NCBI GenBank assembly: GCA_951406725.2
Contig: OX597835.1
Coordinates: 22,072,001 to 22,136,000 of the forward strand
Length of the DNA: 64,000 nt
Direction: 5' to 3'
Source of the DNA: Octopus vulgaris
Taxonomy: Eukaryota
The notes under the pieces: model-generated
The model's database searches: none
What the model saw: the letters and a program-made list of their open reading frames with translations, nothing else
Told to the model about the DNA's origin: nothing
Program-made: the position numbers and the translations under genes
Shown: piece after piece, positions 50,966 to 64,000 of the stretch
How positions within the stretch are numbered: the stretch's first letter is position 1
Layout: each line of letters begins with the position of its first letter

Positions 50966-51052
50966 AGTGTGTGTGCATGCATGCATGTGTGTGTGTGTGA
51001 GTATTTGTGTGTGTGTATGCATGCGCGTGTGTGTATGTGTGTGTGTGAGCGA

Positions 51053-51083
<31 letters not shown>

Positions 51084-51403
51084 AGTTTGTGTGTATATGT
51101 GTGTGTATTTGTCTTCGCACAACTCCTTGACAACTGGTGTTGGTTTGTTTACATCCTTGTTACCTAGAAGTTCAGCAAAAGACACCAATAGAATATGATA
51201 TGTTGGTGGTTGTGTAGATTTGATCCAGCTATCAATTCCTGCTGGAGTTTATCTGTAACTCGAAATAATTTAGGGAATTCTTCAAATCCTTTCTTACTGT
51301 TATGGAAAAAAGGGATGAGTATGTTTGATAATGTAGTCCTAGATACACTTAGGTGAAAGAAAGACAGTGTGGTCATGGGCTGGCTAGAATGTCTGTCTGT
51401 CTG

Positions 51404-51436
<33 letters not shown>

Positions 51437-52513
51437 GTTCATCCCTCTCTCTTTCTCCCCTTCTCCATCTATCCCCTTCTTACTCTCTCCCTCTCTCCCT
51501 CTCTCTCCTTTTCTCTCTCTCCACCACTCTCCCTATTTCTTTCTCCTTATCTCTCTGCTTACCTATCCATCCCTCTCCCCCTCCGTCTAACTCTCTGTTT
51601 CCCTCACAGTCTCTATCTCTCCCTCTCTTTCTTCTCTCTTTTCCCCCTCTCTCTCTCTCTCTCTCTCTTTGATCCTTGGCCTCTTGGGTCAGGGCTGTTC
51701 CAGGGACAGACAACAACAACAGCCACAACTAAACATCAACTAGAACAACAACAATTACAACAACAGCAATTGTTTTCCTTTGTTGTCTGTTCATACCCAA
51801 GTGCGCCTTCTTCTGCGTCCAAACACTTGACATGCTATGTGTAGCAGCTAAAACCATCTTTAACAAAATTGGCCATTATATTTAATACAATGGCAGTGCA
51901 GTGGATGGAGAGGTGGGGAGGAGAGGGGTGGACGGGCTTTTATGGCCTAAATTTTGGAAAAGTTAATTACCCCCCACCCCGCCTCCTTCTTTTTGCTGCT
52001 CCCCTCCTTTTGCTGCCCCTTCAACTAACCCCACATCTATACTCCTACTTACATCCAACTGCATTCATTCAATACAGACAGAACTATTCAGTTCAGTTGT
52101 TATCTTTGAGAATGAGAGAGAGAGAGAGAAAGAAAGGGAGAAAGAGATTGTCAGACAAAGAAGATAGAAGTTATGTCCTACTAAGCAACTTAAGATAGAA
52201 CATACATGTGTATATATGTATATATATACACACACACACACATGTGACTGTGTGGTAATTTGCTTACCAACCACATGGTTCCAGGGTAGAGACTGAACCT
52301 GGAACCATGTGGTTGGTACTATATAGCCTCGGGCCGACCAAAGCCTTGTGAGACAGAAACTGAAAGAAGCCTGTCGTGTATATATATATATATATATATA
52401 TATACTAAGTAATTAAGGGTTTAGCAACGATTTGCCTCACCACACACCGAGTTTAGAAATAGCAGTCAAAGAGTCCTGTCAATGACCACAACATCTTGAT
52501 AACCATATTATTA

Positions 52514-52556
<43 letters not shown>

Positions 52557-53139
52557 TTGTATGTCTGTGTTTGTCCCCCCAACATTGCTTGACAACCGAT
52601 ATTGGTGTGTTTACAAAGAATAAGTCTTGGGGTTGATTTGCTCGACTAAAGGCAGTTCTCCAGCATGAACGCAGTCAAATGACTGAAACAAATAAAAGAA
52701 TAAACATATATATATATACATATATACATACATACATATATATATATATATACATGAGTATATATGTATACAAATATATACTTATACAAGTATTTATATA
52801 TGTATGCATATATATGTGTGTATATATTATATGTGTGTGTGTGTATATATATATATAGTGATAGGATTCATATTTTCTGACCTGTATTTGCTACCATTGG
52901 TTTCATGCACACATGTGTACGAACTTCTGGTGAAAGACTAATTCACTTATGCCGAAGAGTTTAAATAAAATCTAAACCTGCAGTGTTCATGCTTTACTAG
53001 TTGGAAGATCAGGAATAGAGTCTTCCAAGTAGTAAAGCCTGAACACAGCATGTATGTATGTATAAAATGTGACCTCGTGTGTACCGTTGGCGATTTTTTT
53101 TCCTCTGTCTTCCCTTCTCTGGATCTTTCCTTCTCCTGT

Positions 53140-53174
53140 GTTTCTGACGAAGAGCTCCGCTCGAAACGTTAAAC
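53140..53174 (+). ncRNA. Minimal hammerhead ribozyme motif in a short dispersed repeat (about 53070-53270; second copy 17918-18122)
   Basis: gttt-CTGACGA-a-GAG-ctccg-CTC-GAAA-C-GTT-aaac. Stem I is gttt/aaac and stem III is the palindrome ACGT. Confidence 0.6.
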
Positions 53175-53302
53175 CCTCCTTCCCTTCTTTCCTGAGCGTC
53201 CAATAATACTATATTTGTTCTACGTCCTCGCGTTGTTGTGTTTTTTGTGCTTTCTTGTTTGGATTAACTTTATATGTATAAATATATATATATGTATGTA
53301 TG

Positions 53303-53360
<58 letters not shown>

Positions 53361-54139
53361 TATATACATACATAGAAGTAGTAATATAGATAAACAATAT
53401 TAGGTTCCATGTGTGTGTGTATTTGTTGGTATATGGTGTGTGTGTCTTTAGAAGGGGAACAATAAACACAGAATAAAAATAAAGGCAAAGAAAAATATAC
53501 AAAAACTTTGTAATGTCTTAGCTCAACAGCTGTTTCAGGAAGCCAAGAGTAATTTGTTGATGATATATGCAAAAAGTCATGAGTATACAACTGGTGACCA
53601 TCCACATGAAGATATTACAGTAAGTTGGGCTCCCCTTTTCAAGAGAGACTCACTGTAATATATATAAACAGATGGTGGCAATCCATTGGTTATGAGAATA
53701 AGGGATCAAGTTGATCCAATCAATGGAACAGCCTCCTTGTGAAATTACCGTGCATGTGGCTGAGTACTCCACAGACATGTGTACCCTTAACGTAGTTCCC
53801 AAGGAGATTCAGTGTGACATAGAATGTGACAAGGCTGGCCCTTTGAAATACAGGTACTACTCATTTTTACCAGCTGAGTGAACTGGAGCAATGAGAAATA
53901 AAGTGACTTGCTCAAGGACATGATGCACCACCATAACAACACACTTATATACATATACATACACACACATACATATACACATATGTAAATACATGTAAAT
54001 ATTCATGTTTATATAAATGCAAACACATAAACACATACACACACATCTACACATGCCCAGACATATCAGTGTATATATATGTTTACATACAAATATACGT
54101 GTATATAAGCATGTCCATGCATGTGTCTATATATATATG

Positions 54140-54184
<45 letters not shown>

Positions 54185-54191
54185 GTGTATA

Positions 54192-54259
<68 letters not shown>

Positions 54260-54604
54260 ATATAATATATCTATACACACACACACATACGCACGTATGC
54301 AAGCATACATATAGCCAAGTTCTAAGAATAAAAAGTAAATACTACTTCCATCAGATAATCTGCTAAAGGGGTTATCAAAAGGAAAATTAAAAAATCATTT
54401 ATAATAATAAATAATGTGTAAGATTAAAGCAAATCACAAATAAAGGAAAAGCATTCTGGAGGCGTAGAATGACGGAACTTGGGTGGTCATTGACGAGTAA
54501 CAACTTTAGGTAATACGTAAAAAGATTAGTTTTGGGGTGTGATATGTTTGGGTATGAGAAACTGGAAAGTTATAAGTAGTTTTTCATAATCATAGAATGA
54601 CGGA

Positions 54605-54845
54605 ACTAGACTCCATCAACTGCCAGTGGGGTAAGCTAGAGGTAGTGGATAGTTTCTGTTATCTAGATGACCGAGTTAGTAATGGATATGGATGCTCCAA
54701 GAGCATAGCTGTGAGAATAAGATTAGGCTGGGCAAAGTTCAGAGAGCTCCTACCTCTGCTGGCAACAAAGGGTCTCTCACTCAGAGTGAAAGGCAGACTG
54801 TATGATGTCTGTGTGTTAAAAGCTATGCTACACAGCAGTAAAACA
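54605..54845 (+). mobile_element. RTE-LINE RT C-terminal fragment
   Basis: LEVVDSFCYLDD...RIRLGWAKFRELLPLLATKGLSLRVKGRLYDVCVLKAMLHSSKT. It overlaps the start of the 58377 fragment (KGRLYDACVRTAMLHGSETW). Confidence 0.85.
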
Positions 54846-54972
54846 TACACAATAGAAAATGCTTTACAGCTGTACAATGAGCAAAAGGAGTAATTATACG
54901 TACACAGTACTAAAACGATACAATACAAACAAAAAAAGCCTTTCCGACTATCAAGACAGACATATATATATA

Positions 54973-55200
54973 CTAGCAGTATCGCCCGGCATTGCTCGGG
55001 TTTGTAAGGGAAATAACTATATAAGCATTTTTAGAGAGTTATAGCAAAAAAATAGCAAAAAAATGCATTAAAAATGGAATAAAAAATTATGGCAATTTTT
55101 TTTTAAATCGTTGACTCATCGTAGACATTTTTAGAGAGTTACATAGCGAAAAAATGCATTAAAATGGAAAAAATGATGGTAAATTTCTTCTTAAACAATG
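54973..55200 (-). mobile_element. Helitron 3' end (same family as 22759-23156), minus orientation
   Basis: A|CTAGCAGTATCGCCCGGCATTGCTCGGG is the reverse complement of the hairpin+CTAG terminus. Confidence 0.75.
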
Positions 55201-55964
55201 TGAAGTATATTTGCCATTTAAATGTGGCTAACCACTAAAGGTGGATGCTACTGTACAGCTAGCCCCAGGAGAACATCTCCATCTGGCTATTGACACACTT
55301 AGCCATTTCTGTTTTGGTGTCTTCAAGCCATGAAGTCGTTGCACGGACCCGGGTTTCTGGGTATTAACCTGTCGTCAGCGCACGACAATCACCGGTCTTC
55401 AATGCGAAGGGGTCCCAATGCAAATACATATATCTTTTTTCCAGTGACGAAAAGTCACTGATCTTGAAAAAGTGTAAACAAGCAATTATAAATCTTTGAA
55501 CGAGGCATAAACAGTAGCTGCACAACAATGTGAAGTATAGTTGCCATTTAAATGTGGCTAACCACTAAAGGTGGATGCTACTGTAGCTAGTAGCCCCAGG
55601 AGAACATCTCCATCTGGCTATTGACACACTTTCTGGGCCCTAATTATTAGGGAATATTATTATTATTATAATTATTATGGAATATTACTTCCAAGTACAC
55701 AGGAAAAAGACATTCAAATTAGATGTACTAAAATGAACAACTCTCAATTTTTAATTCGTATAAATATATAAAAGTAATTTTAAAGACAGAAACACCTTCA
55801 ACTCAGTCAACACTGAAAGGTTTTATACCTGACCACTCCATAAAATGTTAAAAATTAAATCTTATACTAACTATATATCTATTCTGAATCCTGTATTTTC
55901 CGTTTATAAGACTACATGTGTTTCATGAAAGTACGTCAGTATTGATTAGATACAAGGTATATAT

Positions 55965-56359
55965 ATATATATAAAAGTAAGGTTATGCGTCTGTCTCCTA
56001 CAATTTAGATTCCTAACTACTCCCACATTTTGCGGTGTAGTTTAACCAAAACCGGGTATCTTATAGTCGTGATTCATATCGAGCCCTTCTGGGTATTAGC
56101 GCGCGTCTACGATGAGTCTATGATTTAAAAAAAAATTCACCATAATTTTTTTCTATTTTAATGCATTTTTTCGCTATTATATAAGGGAAGTAACTCTCTA
56201 AAAATGTCTACGATGAGTCAACGATTTTTAAAAAAAATTACCACCATTTTTTTCCCATTTTTAATGCATTTTTTTGCTATTTTTTGGCTATAACTCTCTA
56301 AAAATGCTTATATAGTTATTACCCTTACAAACCCGAGCAACGCCGGGCGATACTGCTAG
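55965..56359 (+). mobile_element. Non-autonomous Helitron (same family as 22759-23156)
   Basis: TATATAAAAGTAAGGTT...CCCGAGCAACGCCGGGCGATACTGCTAG|T. Confidence 0.8.
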
Positions 56360-57129
56360 TATATATATATATATGATGATGATGATGATGATGATGATAA
56401 CGACGCCACCAATGATGATGATGGTGATGGTGAAGTTGATGATGATGATGATATGCAAGCCACCAACAGCAGAGTATCTGAAGTGAATCAGTCTTGTAGC
56501 ACATCTATTTTTTTTTCGTTTCTGTCTATGAAGGGTGGATGCTATTAAGAAGGAAGTTAAGGTTGTTGTTGTTGTTGCTGTTGCTGTTGTTGTTGTTTCT
56601 GCTGTTGTTATGCTTATTGATGATGTTGTTGCCGTTGTCACTTTAGTTCTTAGCTATTAATTGCTGAATGTTGAGTCAAGGAGAGGTGAACCTGTAACAC
56701 AAGAGGTCAGCTATGGTCCAGTTTTTGACCAGTTCTTATAGCATCTTGTCACTTGCTGTTGTTGTTGCTTGTTAACAGCAGCAGTAGCAGTAGTAGTAGT
56801 AGTAGTGTTTTGGCTTCTATGTCAGCTCTGACTGACATTCCAGCTGTGACCACCCCAACAGCTCTTCAAACCCAGTATATCAAGGACTACGTTATCCTAT
56901 AATAATAATCCTTTCTACTGGAAGCACAAGGCCTCAAATTTGGGGGAAGGGATTAAGTCAATTACATCAACCCCAGTGCATAACTGGTACTTATTTAATT
57001 GACACCAAAAAGATGAAAGGCAAAGTTGACCATGGCAACATTTGAACTCAGAACGTAGCGGCAGATGAAATACAGCTAAGCAGTTCGTCCGGCATGCTAA
57101 CGATTCTGCCAGCTTATCCTCTTTAATAT

Positions 57130-58375
57130 CATCATCGTCGTTTAACGTCCGTTCTCCATGCTAGCATGGGTTGGACGGTTCGACCGGGGTTCTGGGAAGC
57201 CAGAAGGCTGCACCAGGCTCCAGTCTAATCTGGCAATGTTTCTACAGCTGGATGCCCTTCCTAACGCCAACCACTCCGTGAGTGTAGTGGGTGCTTTTTA
57301 CGTGCCACCTGCACAGGTGCCAGGCGGGGCTGGCAACGGCCACGGTCAGATTGGTGTATTTTATGTGCCACCGGCACGGAAGCCAGTCGAGGCGGTGCTG
57401 GCATCGGCCACGAGTCGGATAGTGCTTTACGTACCACCAGACCAGGGATCCTGGCTGGTTCAATTCGATTTCGATTTCGCTTGCCCCAACATGTCTTCAC
57501 AAGCAAAGGGGGTTGGCATGGGTGCCTGTCGTACGGTCGCATTGGAGTATTTTACATGCCACGGCCACGAGTCGGATAGTGCTTTTTACGTACCACCAGA
57601 CCAGGGATCCTGGCTGGTTCAATTCGATTTCGATTTCGCTTGCCCCAACATGTCTTCACAAGCAAAGGGGTTGGCATGGGTGCCTGTCGTACGGTCGCAT
57701 TGGAGTATTTTACGTGCCACGGCCACGAGTCGGATAGTGCTTTTTACGTACCACCAGGCCAGGGATCCTGGCTGGTTCAATTCGGTTTCGATTTCGATTT
57801 CGCTTGCCCCAACATGTCTTCGCAAGCATGGGGGGTTGGCATGGGTGTCTGTCGTCGGATGAGGTTCTATATCGACTTCGCTTGCCTCAACCGGTCTTTG
57901 TGTCCAAGGGAGGAAAGGCATTCATAAGTGGGCTGGGCTCACTTGTCCTGCCTGGTCTTCTCACGTACAGAATATTTCCAAAGGTCTCGGTCTCTGGTCA
58001 TTTCCTCAGTGAGGCCTAAAGTTCGAAGGTCGTGCTTCACCACCTCGTCCCAGGTTTTCCTGGGTCTACCTCTTCCATGGGTTCCCTCAACTGCTAGGGA
58101 TTGGCACTTTCTCACACACCTATCTTCATCCATTCTCGCCACATGACCATACCAGCGCAATCGTCTCTCTTGCACACCACAACTGATGCTTCTTAGGTAC
58201 AACATTTCTCTCAAGGTGCTAACGCTCTGTCGAGTATGTACACTGACATTACACATCCATCGGAGCATACTGGCTTCATTCCTCACGAGCTTACGCACGT
58301 CCTCAGCAGTCACGGCCCATGTTTCGCTGCCATGTAGCATGGCTGTTCGTACACACGCATCATACAGTCTGCCTT

Positions 58376-58377
<2 letters not shown>
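57130..58377 (-). mobile_element. RTE-clade LINE 3' portion: end of ORF, ~800-bp 3' UTR and (ATG)n tail
   Basis: ORF LHGSETW...RRLRWYGHVARM...GRGRPRKTW...DRDLW is the classic RTE C-terminus. The UTR carries three ~147-bp tandem repeats and the tail shared by the many short copies. Confidence 0.9.
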
Positions 58378-58411
<34 letters not shown>

Positions 58412-58502
58412 CTTCTTCACTGTTCTTGTTCTGTCAACGTTTTGGCGTTCAGTCGAGTGTATTGGCATGGATGTGGCAACATCTGAAATGTTGTCGAGGT
58501 AT

Positions 58503-58574
58503 ATGTGGCTGATGAAGATAAATCAAATATATGTGGGCAGACATATTTTGAAGAATCTGAAACAGGTACCACAT
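58503..58574 (+). ncRNA. Type-I hammerhead ribozyme motif
   Basis: ATGTGG-CTGATGA-AGAT-[long hairpin]-ATCT-GAAA-C-ag-GTA-CCACAT: all core nucleotides, 6-bp stem I, extended stem II and 2-bp stem III. Confidence 0.75.
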
Positions 58575-58757
58575 TATCCCTTTCTAGATATTTCATTTTC
58601 CAGATGTTCTCCCTAGAGGTAAGACAATTTTTTTCATGTTTGTTGCACACACGCATTTTTGCTAGTACATACGCAGTGAAGCTATACATTAGTGTCGTAT
58701 TTATTACGTTCGCTATTTTCCAGTAAATATCGGTACTTCGTTGTGCCATTTATTTAC

Positions 58758-58803
<46 letters not shown>

Positions 58804-59185
58804 TGTACACATACATATAAAACATGAATAGAGATTCAATGAATCAGAGCTCACTCTAAGCTCTCTGCCGGGTGCACAGTTACATAAAAAAGCAGTGAAT
58901 AAAGCTAGGGTTTAATCATACTATTGTTCTGGAAATCTAGGAATCACAATGGCAGAGAATACATATGAAATTGATCAGATGAGAGAATAGAAGTTTATTC
59001 CATTTGTTGACAGCTGTTTCATGATCTGTGTCTAGTTACATCAGCAATGCTACATCAAGTGAGCTATGTATAATTCATCTCCTCACTCCACTTCATAAGT
59101 GCATATATATACACACACATACATATATATGTGTATGTATATATATATATACGTATATAATTATATATATATATATATATATACA

Positions 59186-59246
<61 letters not shown>

Positions 59247-59342
59247 GGTGCAGCCTTCGGGCTCCCCAGACCCCAGTTGAACCGTCCAACCTATGCTAGC
59301 ATGGAAAGCGGACGTTAAATGATGATGATGATGATGATGATG

Positions 59343-59374
<32 letters not shown>

Positions 59375-60141
59375 GTATACATATATATAAAGAAATAATA
59401 CCAAAAATATGACAAGAATGCAACAGACGACAACAAAACATCTGGACAGTTAGATGATACAAAAAGGGACAATAAAAAACCAGGACGGGTCATTCTGCGT
59501 TTTCTTTCCTCAGTTGAGTTCCAGATCATTTTTGCAGTTTCAGCTGGTTATACTTGAGACTGCTCCAATCTGGCCAAAACCAAGGAAAATCTAAGCTAAA
59601 AGCACTAGATTCTTTGGAGGAAAGCAGTGAATGTATATGTAAACAAGGATGGAGGGAAAAAAAACGGAGAAATGGTACACAAATAGAAATGCAAATAACA
59701 GGACATTAACAACAGGTTTCTTTCGACTAAGGGCAAATTAAATTAAGCTGGTGTGTGTGGAAGTGAAGCCTTATGGCAGGGACATAAGAGATGACAGGCA
59801 TGGGAAAGAATATAGATACTGCACGGATGGTGGTCGAACCAAGAAAGTGAGGTCAGGCTTGGCAGAACACCAGTCATGTTGAAGGAGAGGAGAGAGGTAG
59901 AGGCAGAGGGGTAAAAGAATTAGAGAGGGACAAGAAAAAAGAAAAGGGACAGAGTGAAATGAAAGAGGAGGGAAGGTGAGAATGAAAGGAAGGCCAAGAA
60001 AGAAATTTGAGAGAGGGGAGCGAAAGAAAGAAGAGTGGAAAGAATGAAGTAAGTATGAAGGGGCTGAAAGAAAGAAAGAAAGAATGAAAGAAAGAATGAA
60101 AGAATAAGAGGGTCATATATTTACACACACACATACATATA

Positions 60142-60205
<64 letters not shown>

Positions 60206-60440
60206 GTGTGTGTGTGTGTGAGTATATATATATATATTTATATATATACTATAGAAACGTTAGTGCGCCAGGCATATATATATATTTCGTCTGCCGCTAT
60301 ATTCAAATTCCACCGAGGTCGACTTTGCTTTCATCCTTTCGGGTCGATAAATTATACCAGTTATGCACTGGGGTCGATGTAATAGGCTTAATCCATTTTG
60401 TCAGTCCTTGTTTGTCCCCTCGATGTTTATATATTGTGGG

Positions 60441-60494
<54 letters not shown>

Positions 60495-60809
60495 GTAGAT
60501 AAAGCACACTAGAAATATGTGTGTGCATGTGTATTTATGTGTGTATATGTACACATATGATAGCAAGTGTACCTTTATGAATGTGTGTGGTGGGGGTGGG
60601 GGTGGATGTATGCTTCTAAATGTTGTATATCAACAAGAAGAAGCTTGTCTTAGTCCATCAGGTAATAATTTTTAATAAGAGCAAGATAAATGAGGTGTGC
60701 TGTGCAAAGCTCATTAGTAAATATGATAAGTTTTAAGATAACAGACAAAATATAGGTTCTGCTCCCCTTAAACGCAGACACATGTGTAAGTGTTTTTAGT
60801 TATCGTGGT

Positions 60810-61425
60810 AGCCATCATCATTATCATCATCATCATTGTCACCATCACTGCCATTGCCACCATCATCATCATCGTCATCATCATCATCGTCATCATCATC
60901 ATAATCATCATCATCATCACTACTACCATCAACATCATCATCATCGAAACTCGTTACCACCACCACCACTACCAGCATCACTGCCACCATCACCACCATT
61001 GTCATCATCACCACCACTATCACTACCCATCACCACTACTAGGGTAACCAACGTCACCACTACCACCACAACTACTACCACTATTGTCACTGCCACTACC
61101 ACCACCACCACCACCACCACTACCACCACAATCTTCACCACTACCACCACTATTGTCACTGCCACTACCACCACCACCACCACCACCTACTACTACCACC
61201 ACTACCATCCCACCAACACCACCTCCACCACTACCACTACCACCACAATCTTCACCACTACCAGGGTAGCCTCCAATGCCACCACCACCACCACCACTGC
61301 TACAGTCACCACTACCACCATCGCTACTAATACCACTGCCACCACCACCACCACCACCACCACTGCCACTGCCACTATCACCACTACCACCATCGCAACT
61401 AATACCACTGCCACTACTACCAGCA
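60810..61425. repeat. (CAT)n/(CAC)n compound microsatellite with ~66-bp higher-order units
   Basis: Directly visible. Similar tracts at 32480-32800, 40426-41290 and 63480-63900. Confidence 0.9.
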
Positions 61426-61801
61426 CCTTATATAGTTGGATATTGTTGTATTCTTTCCTTTTGTAATCAAATCCTTTCTTCTCAAATACACAGAATATTG
61501 ACCAGCTTCTCTTAAACACATGCACTTTATGAGTTATCATATTTCTTATCATCATCATCATCATCATCATCATCATTATTTGGTGTCTGCCTTCCAGGCT
61601 GGCATTGGTTTCCTGGTTCAACTGGATCTGACAGAGCAGTGGACTTTCAATCTGCTCCAACATCTGTGTTGTCATGGTTCCTATGGTTGGATGCAATGCT
61701 GGATTAACCATTGAGCAAAATGAACATGTGCTGAAGACATCAAGGAAAAGAGGGTGCACCACAGGAATGGTAAATGGTTTATGGCACAAAAGAAATCACT
61801 T

Positions 61802-62720
61802 TTAACCCTTTAGAATTCAAACCGGTTGTATCCAGCCCAAATATTGATCTTTGTTCAAACCAGCCTGGTCTAGCCTCTAACACCTACCCCAGCAATGTCA
61901 TCCAAAGAATAAACAATCACATCATCGAAATCTCAAAGTTACAAGGTAAAGCGGGATTAATTTAAAAGAGTGGGAATAAATAAGTGTTAGATTTGACAAA
62001 GTAATCTGACAACTAACTTGACCCTTTCGCACTTAAACTGGCCAAATCTGGCTCAAATATTTTGCATGTTTTATTAAGCAAAATAAGCATGTGCTGAAAG
62101 CATCAAGGAAAGAGGGTGCACCAGGGTTTATGGCACAAAAGAAATCACTTTTAACTCTTTAGCATTCAAAGCAGCCATATCCAGCCCAAATATTCTACCT
62201 GTTTTATGTTCAAACTGGGCCAGATCCCAGCCTCTCATACCTACCCTGCAATGTCATTCTGAAAGTCAACAATGACATCGTTGAAATCCTGAAGCTACAA
62301 GATAATGCATGATTAATTCAAAACAATGTAAATAAACAAGTATTACATTTGACTGCGTAATCTGAATGCTAATGGGTAAACTTAGTCATATCTAACCCAG
62401 ATATTCTACTTGTTCCATGTTCAAATTGGGCCAGATCCAGCCTCTCACACCTACTCTAGAATGTCATTCTGAAAGTCAACATCATCAAAATCCTGAAGCT
62501 ACAAAATTATTGCATGAATAATTCAAAGCAATGTGAATAAATAAACATTATATTTGACTGGGTAATAGGAATGTTAAAGGGTTAAACTAGCCGTATCTAA
62601 CCCAGATATTAAACCTGTTTCGTGTTCAAACTGGCAAGATCTGGCTTCTCACACCTACTCTACAATGTGATTCTAAAAATATACGATCACATTATCGAAA
62701 TCTCAAAGTTATTAGATAAT
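61802..62720. mobile_element. Tandem array of ~190-230-bp piggyBac-like MITE units
   Basis: Units begin TTAAC(C/T)CTTTAG(A/C)ATTCA and end (T/G)GAATG(C/T)TAA(A/T)GGGT(T)AA, i.e. short TIRs with TTAA ends. Confidence 0.6.
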
Positions 62721-62839
62721 TACATGATTTGCTAAGTTGTCATGTCTTTTGTATTCTTTCTGTGCCAGCATGCTACATTCACTTACTATATGAGTAACAC
62801 TTTTCCTCTTTTGATTTGCATAGCCTACATTGGGAATCT

Positions 62840-63145
62840 GTTTGGTTTTTGTCTATCTTGGCTTTTATTCAATTAGTCCTTAATGCTTGATCTTGTGCTG
62901 CTACTAATAAATTTTCTGTTTTCATTTTCAGCCTTCCTTTCTGCAACCATAACCATGTTTCACTACTACTATTTGCTGCAATTATCTTTGGGAATCTACC
63001 ACGCCTTCTTCTACCAGTCAGATAACTTCTGCTCGTTTTTCTGGCTTTTAACTTCATTTGGGTTTTTGGTTTCCCTATGTTTTGCTGTAACTCTAGTAGC
63101 TTTTAATAAACTTTCTTCACAATTACCTACATAGGAGTCTATATC

Positions 63146-63147
<2 letters not shown>
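62840..63147 (-). mobile_element. R4/Dong-like LINE fragment abutting (TAA)n
   Basis: TWLWLQKGRLKMKTENLLVAAQDQALRTN*IKAKIDK is a characteristic R4/Dong motif. It lies next to the (TAA)n tract at 63148-63210. Confidence 0.75.
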
Positions 63148-63211
<64 letters not shown>

Positions 63212-64000
63212 CATCATCATCATCATTATTATTATTGTTTTTATTATTTTGTAGGGGAACATGCAGTTTAAAACCTACAACCAAAATGCTATCTTCCAAA
63301 ATCTCTTTTTGAAACAGGAACCATCAAATTAAATTAATAAGAAAAAAAGGCACTAAACTGACCCTTTTCCCCCTTCCCCTCCCCCACTTGCTTCTCTTTC
63401 TCCTTCTCCAGCTGCTTCCTCTCATGTTTCTTTCTTTCATCAACTTTTTCTTTTGCAAATAGCTTTCTAATAATTATTATCATCATAACAATAATGACAC
63501 CCATCATTATCATTATTGTTGCTATCATCCTCATCATCCTCCTCATCATCATTATCTTCATCCATTGAATCATTCTATGCAGGCTTGTTTCTCTGCATGC
63601 ATCTTTTCTTCACCTACCACCACCCCATCACTATCATCACCATCATGATCACTATTACCATCACTACCACCCTTATGATCACTGCCACTGCCAACAACAA
63701 TTCCACCACCATTACCTTCACCACTACAACCATCCACCACCGCTACCATTACATCAACCATTTCTCCATCACAGCCACAACTATCAGCTCCACTGCCATC
63801 ACATTCATCACCACTACTGATCACCAGGGTAACCATCACCATCACCATCACCATCGCAACCACTGCCACCAACACCAACATCACCACCACTTCCAGCACC
63901 ATATATAATTTGATATAATTGTATTTTACCCATCTATAATTAAAACCCCTTCTTTCTCAAAACTTTAGCCTTCATCAACAGACAGTAGAGCATGAATCAA

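Noticed and set aside
58417-58749. 110-aa minus-strand ORF
   Set aside because: No recognisable homology; the region is better explained by the plus-strand hammerhead-bearing element.

Overview
AT-rich, microsatellite-saturated animal genomic DNA. The repeat repertoire (tRNA-derived SINEs, RTE LINE 3' ends, Penelope-like pieces) looks like an octopod cephalopod; this is an inference. The only gene I can identify confidently is SNAPIN (BLOC-1/BORC subunit) on the minus strand: exon 1 CDS 4056-3854 and a 47-nt exon 2 at 828-782. The rest of the gene lies left of the window. Its compact promoter has an M-box/CLEAR-like element, a CCAAT box and a CRE half-site, followed by a ~500-bp (CTT)n tract. 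The other ~60 kb is mostly repeats: three SINE families, many 5'-truncated RTE 3' ends, R4/Dong-like and HERO/NeSL-like LINE fragments, a degenerate Penelope-like element with inverted terminal repeats, non-autonomous Helitrons, Tc1/mariner and piggyBac-like MITEs, a 1.7-kb tandem duplication and one possible orphan exon (40423-40273). The most notable unannotated signals are three. First, a dispersed set of minimal type-I hammerhead ribozyme motifs, the best at 58503-58574, 35170-35215 and 53140-53174. Second, many long palindromes built from the same Penelope-type repeats. Third, an RTE insertion with a twin-priming-style 5' inversion and a 14-bp TSD. Nearly all ORFs in the supplied track are microsatellite or SINE artefacts.
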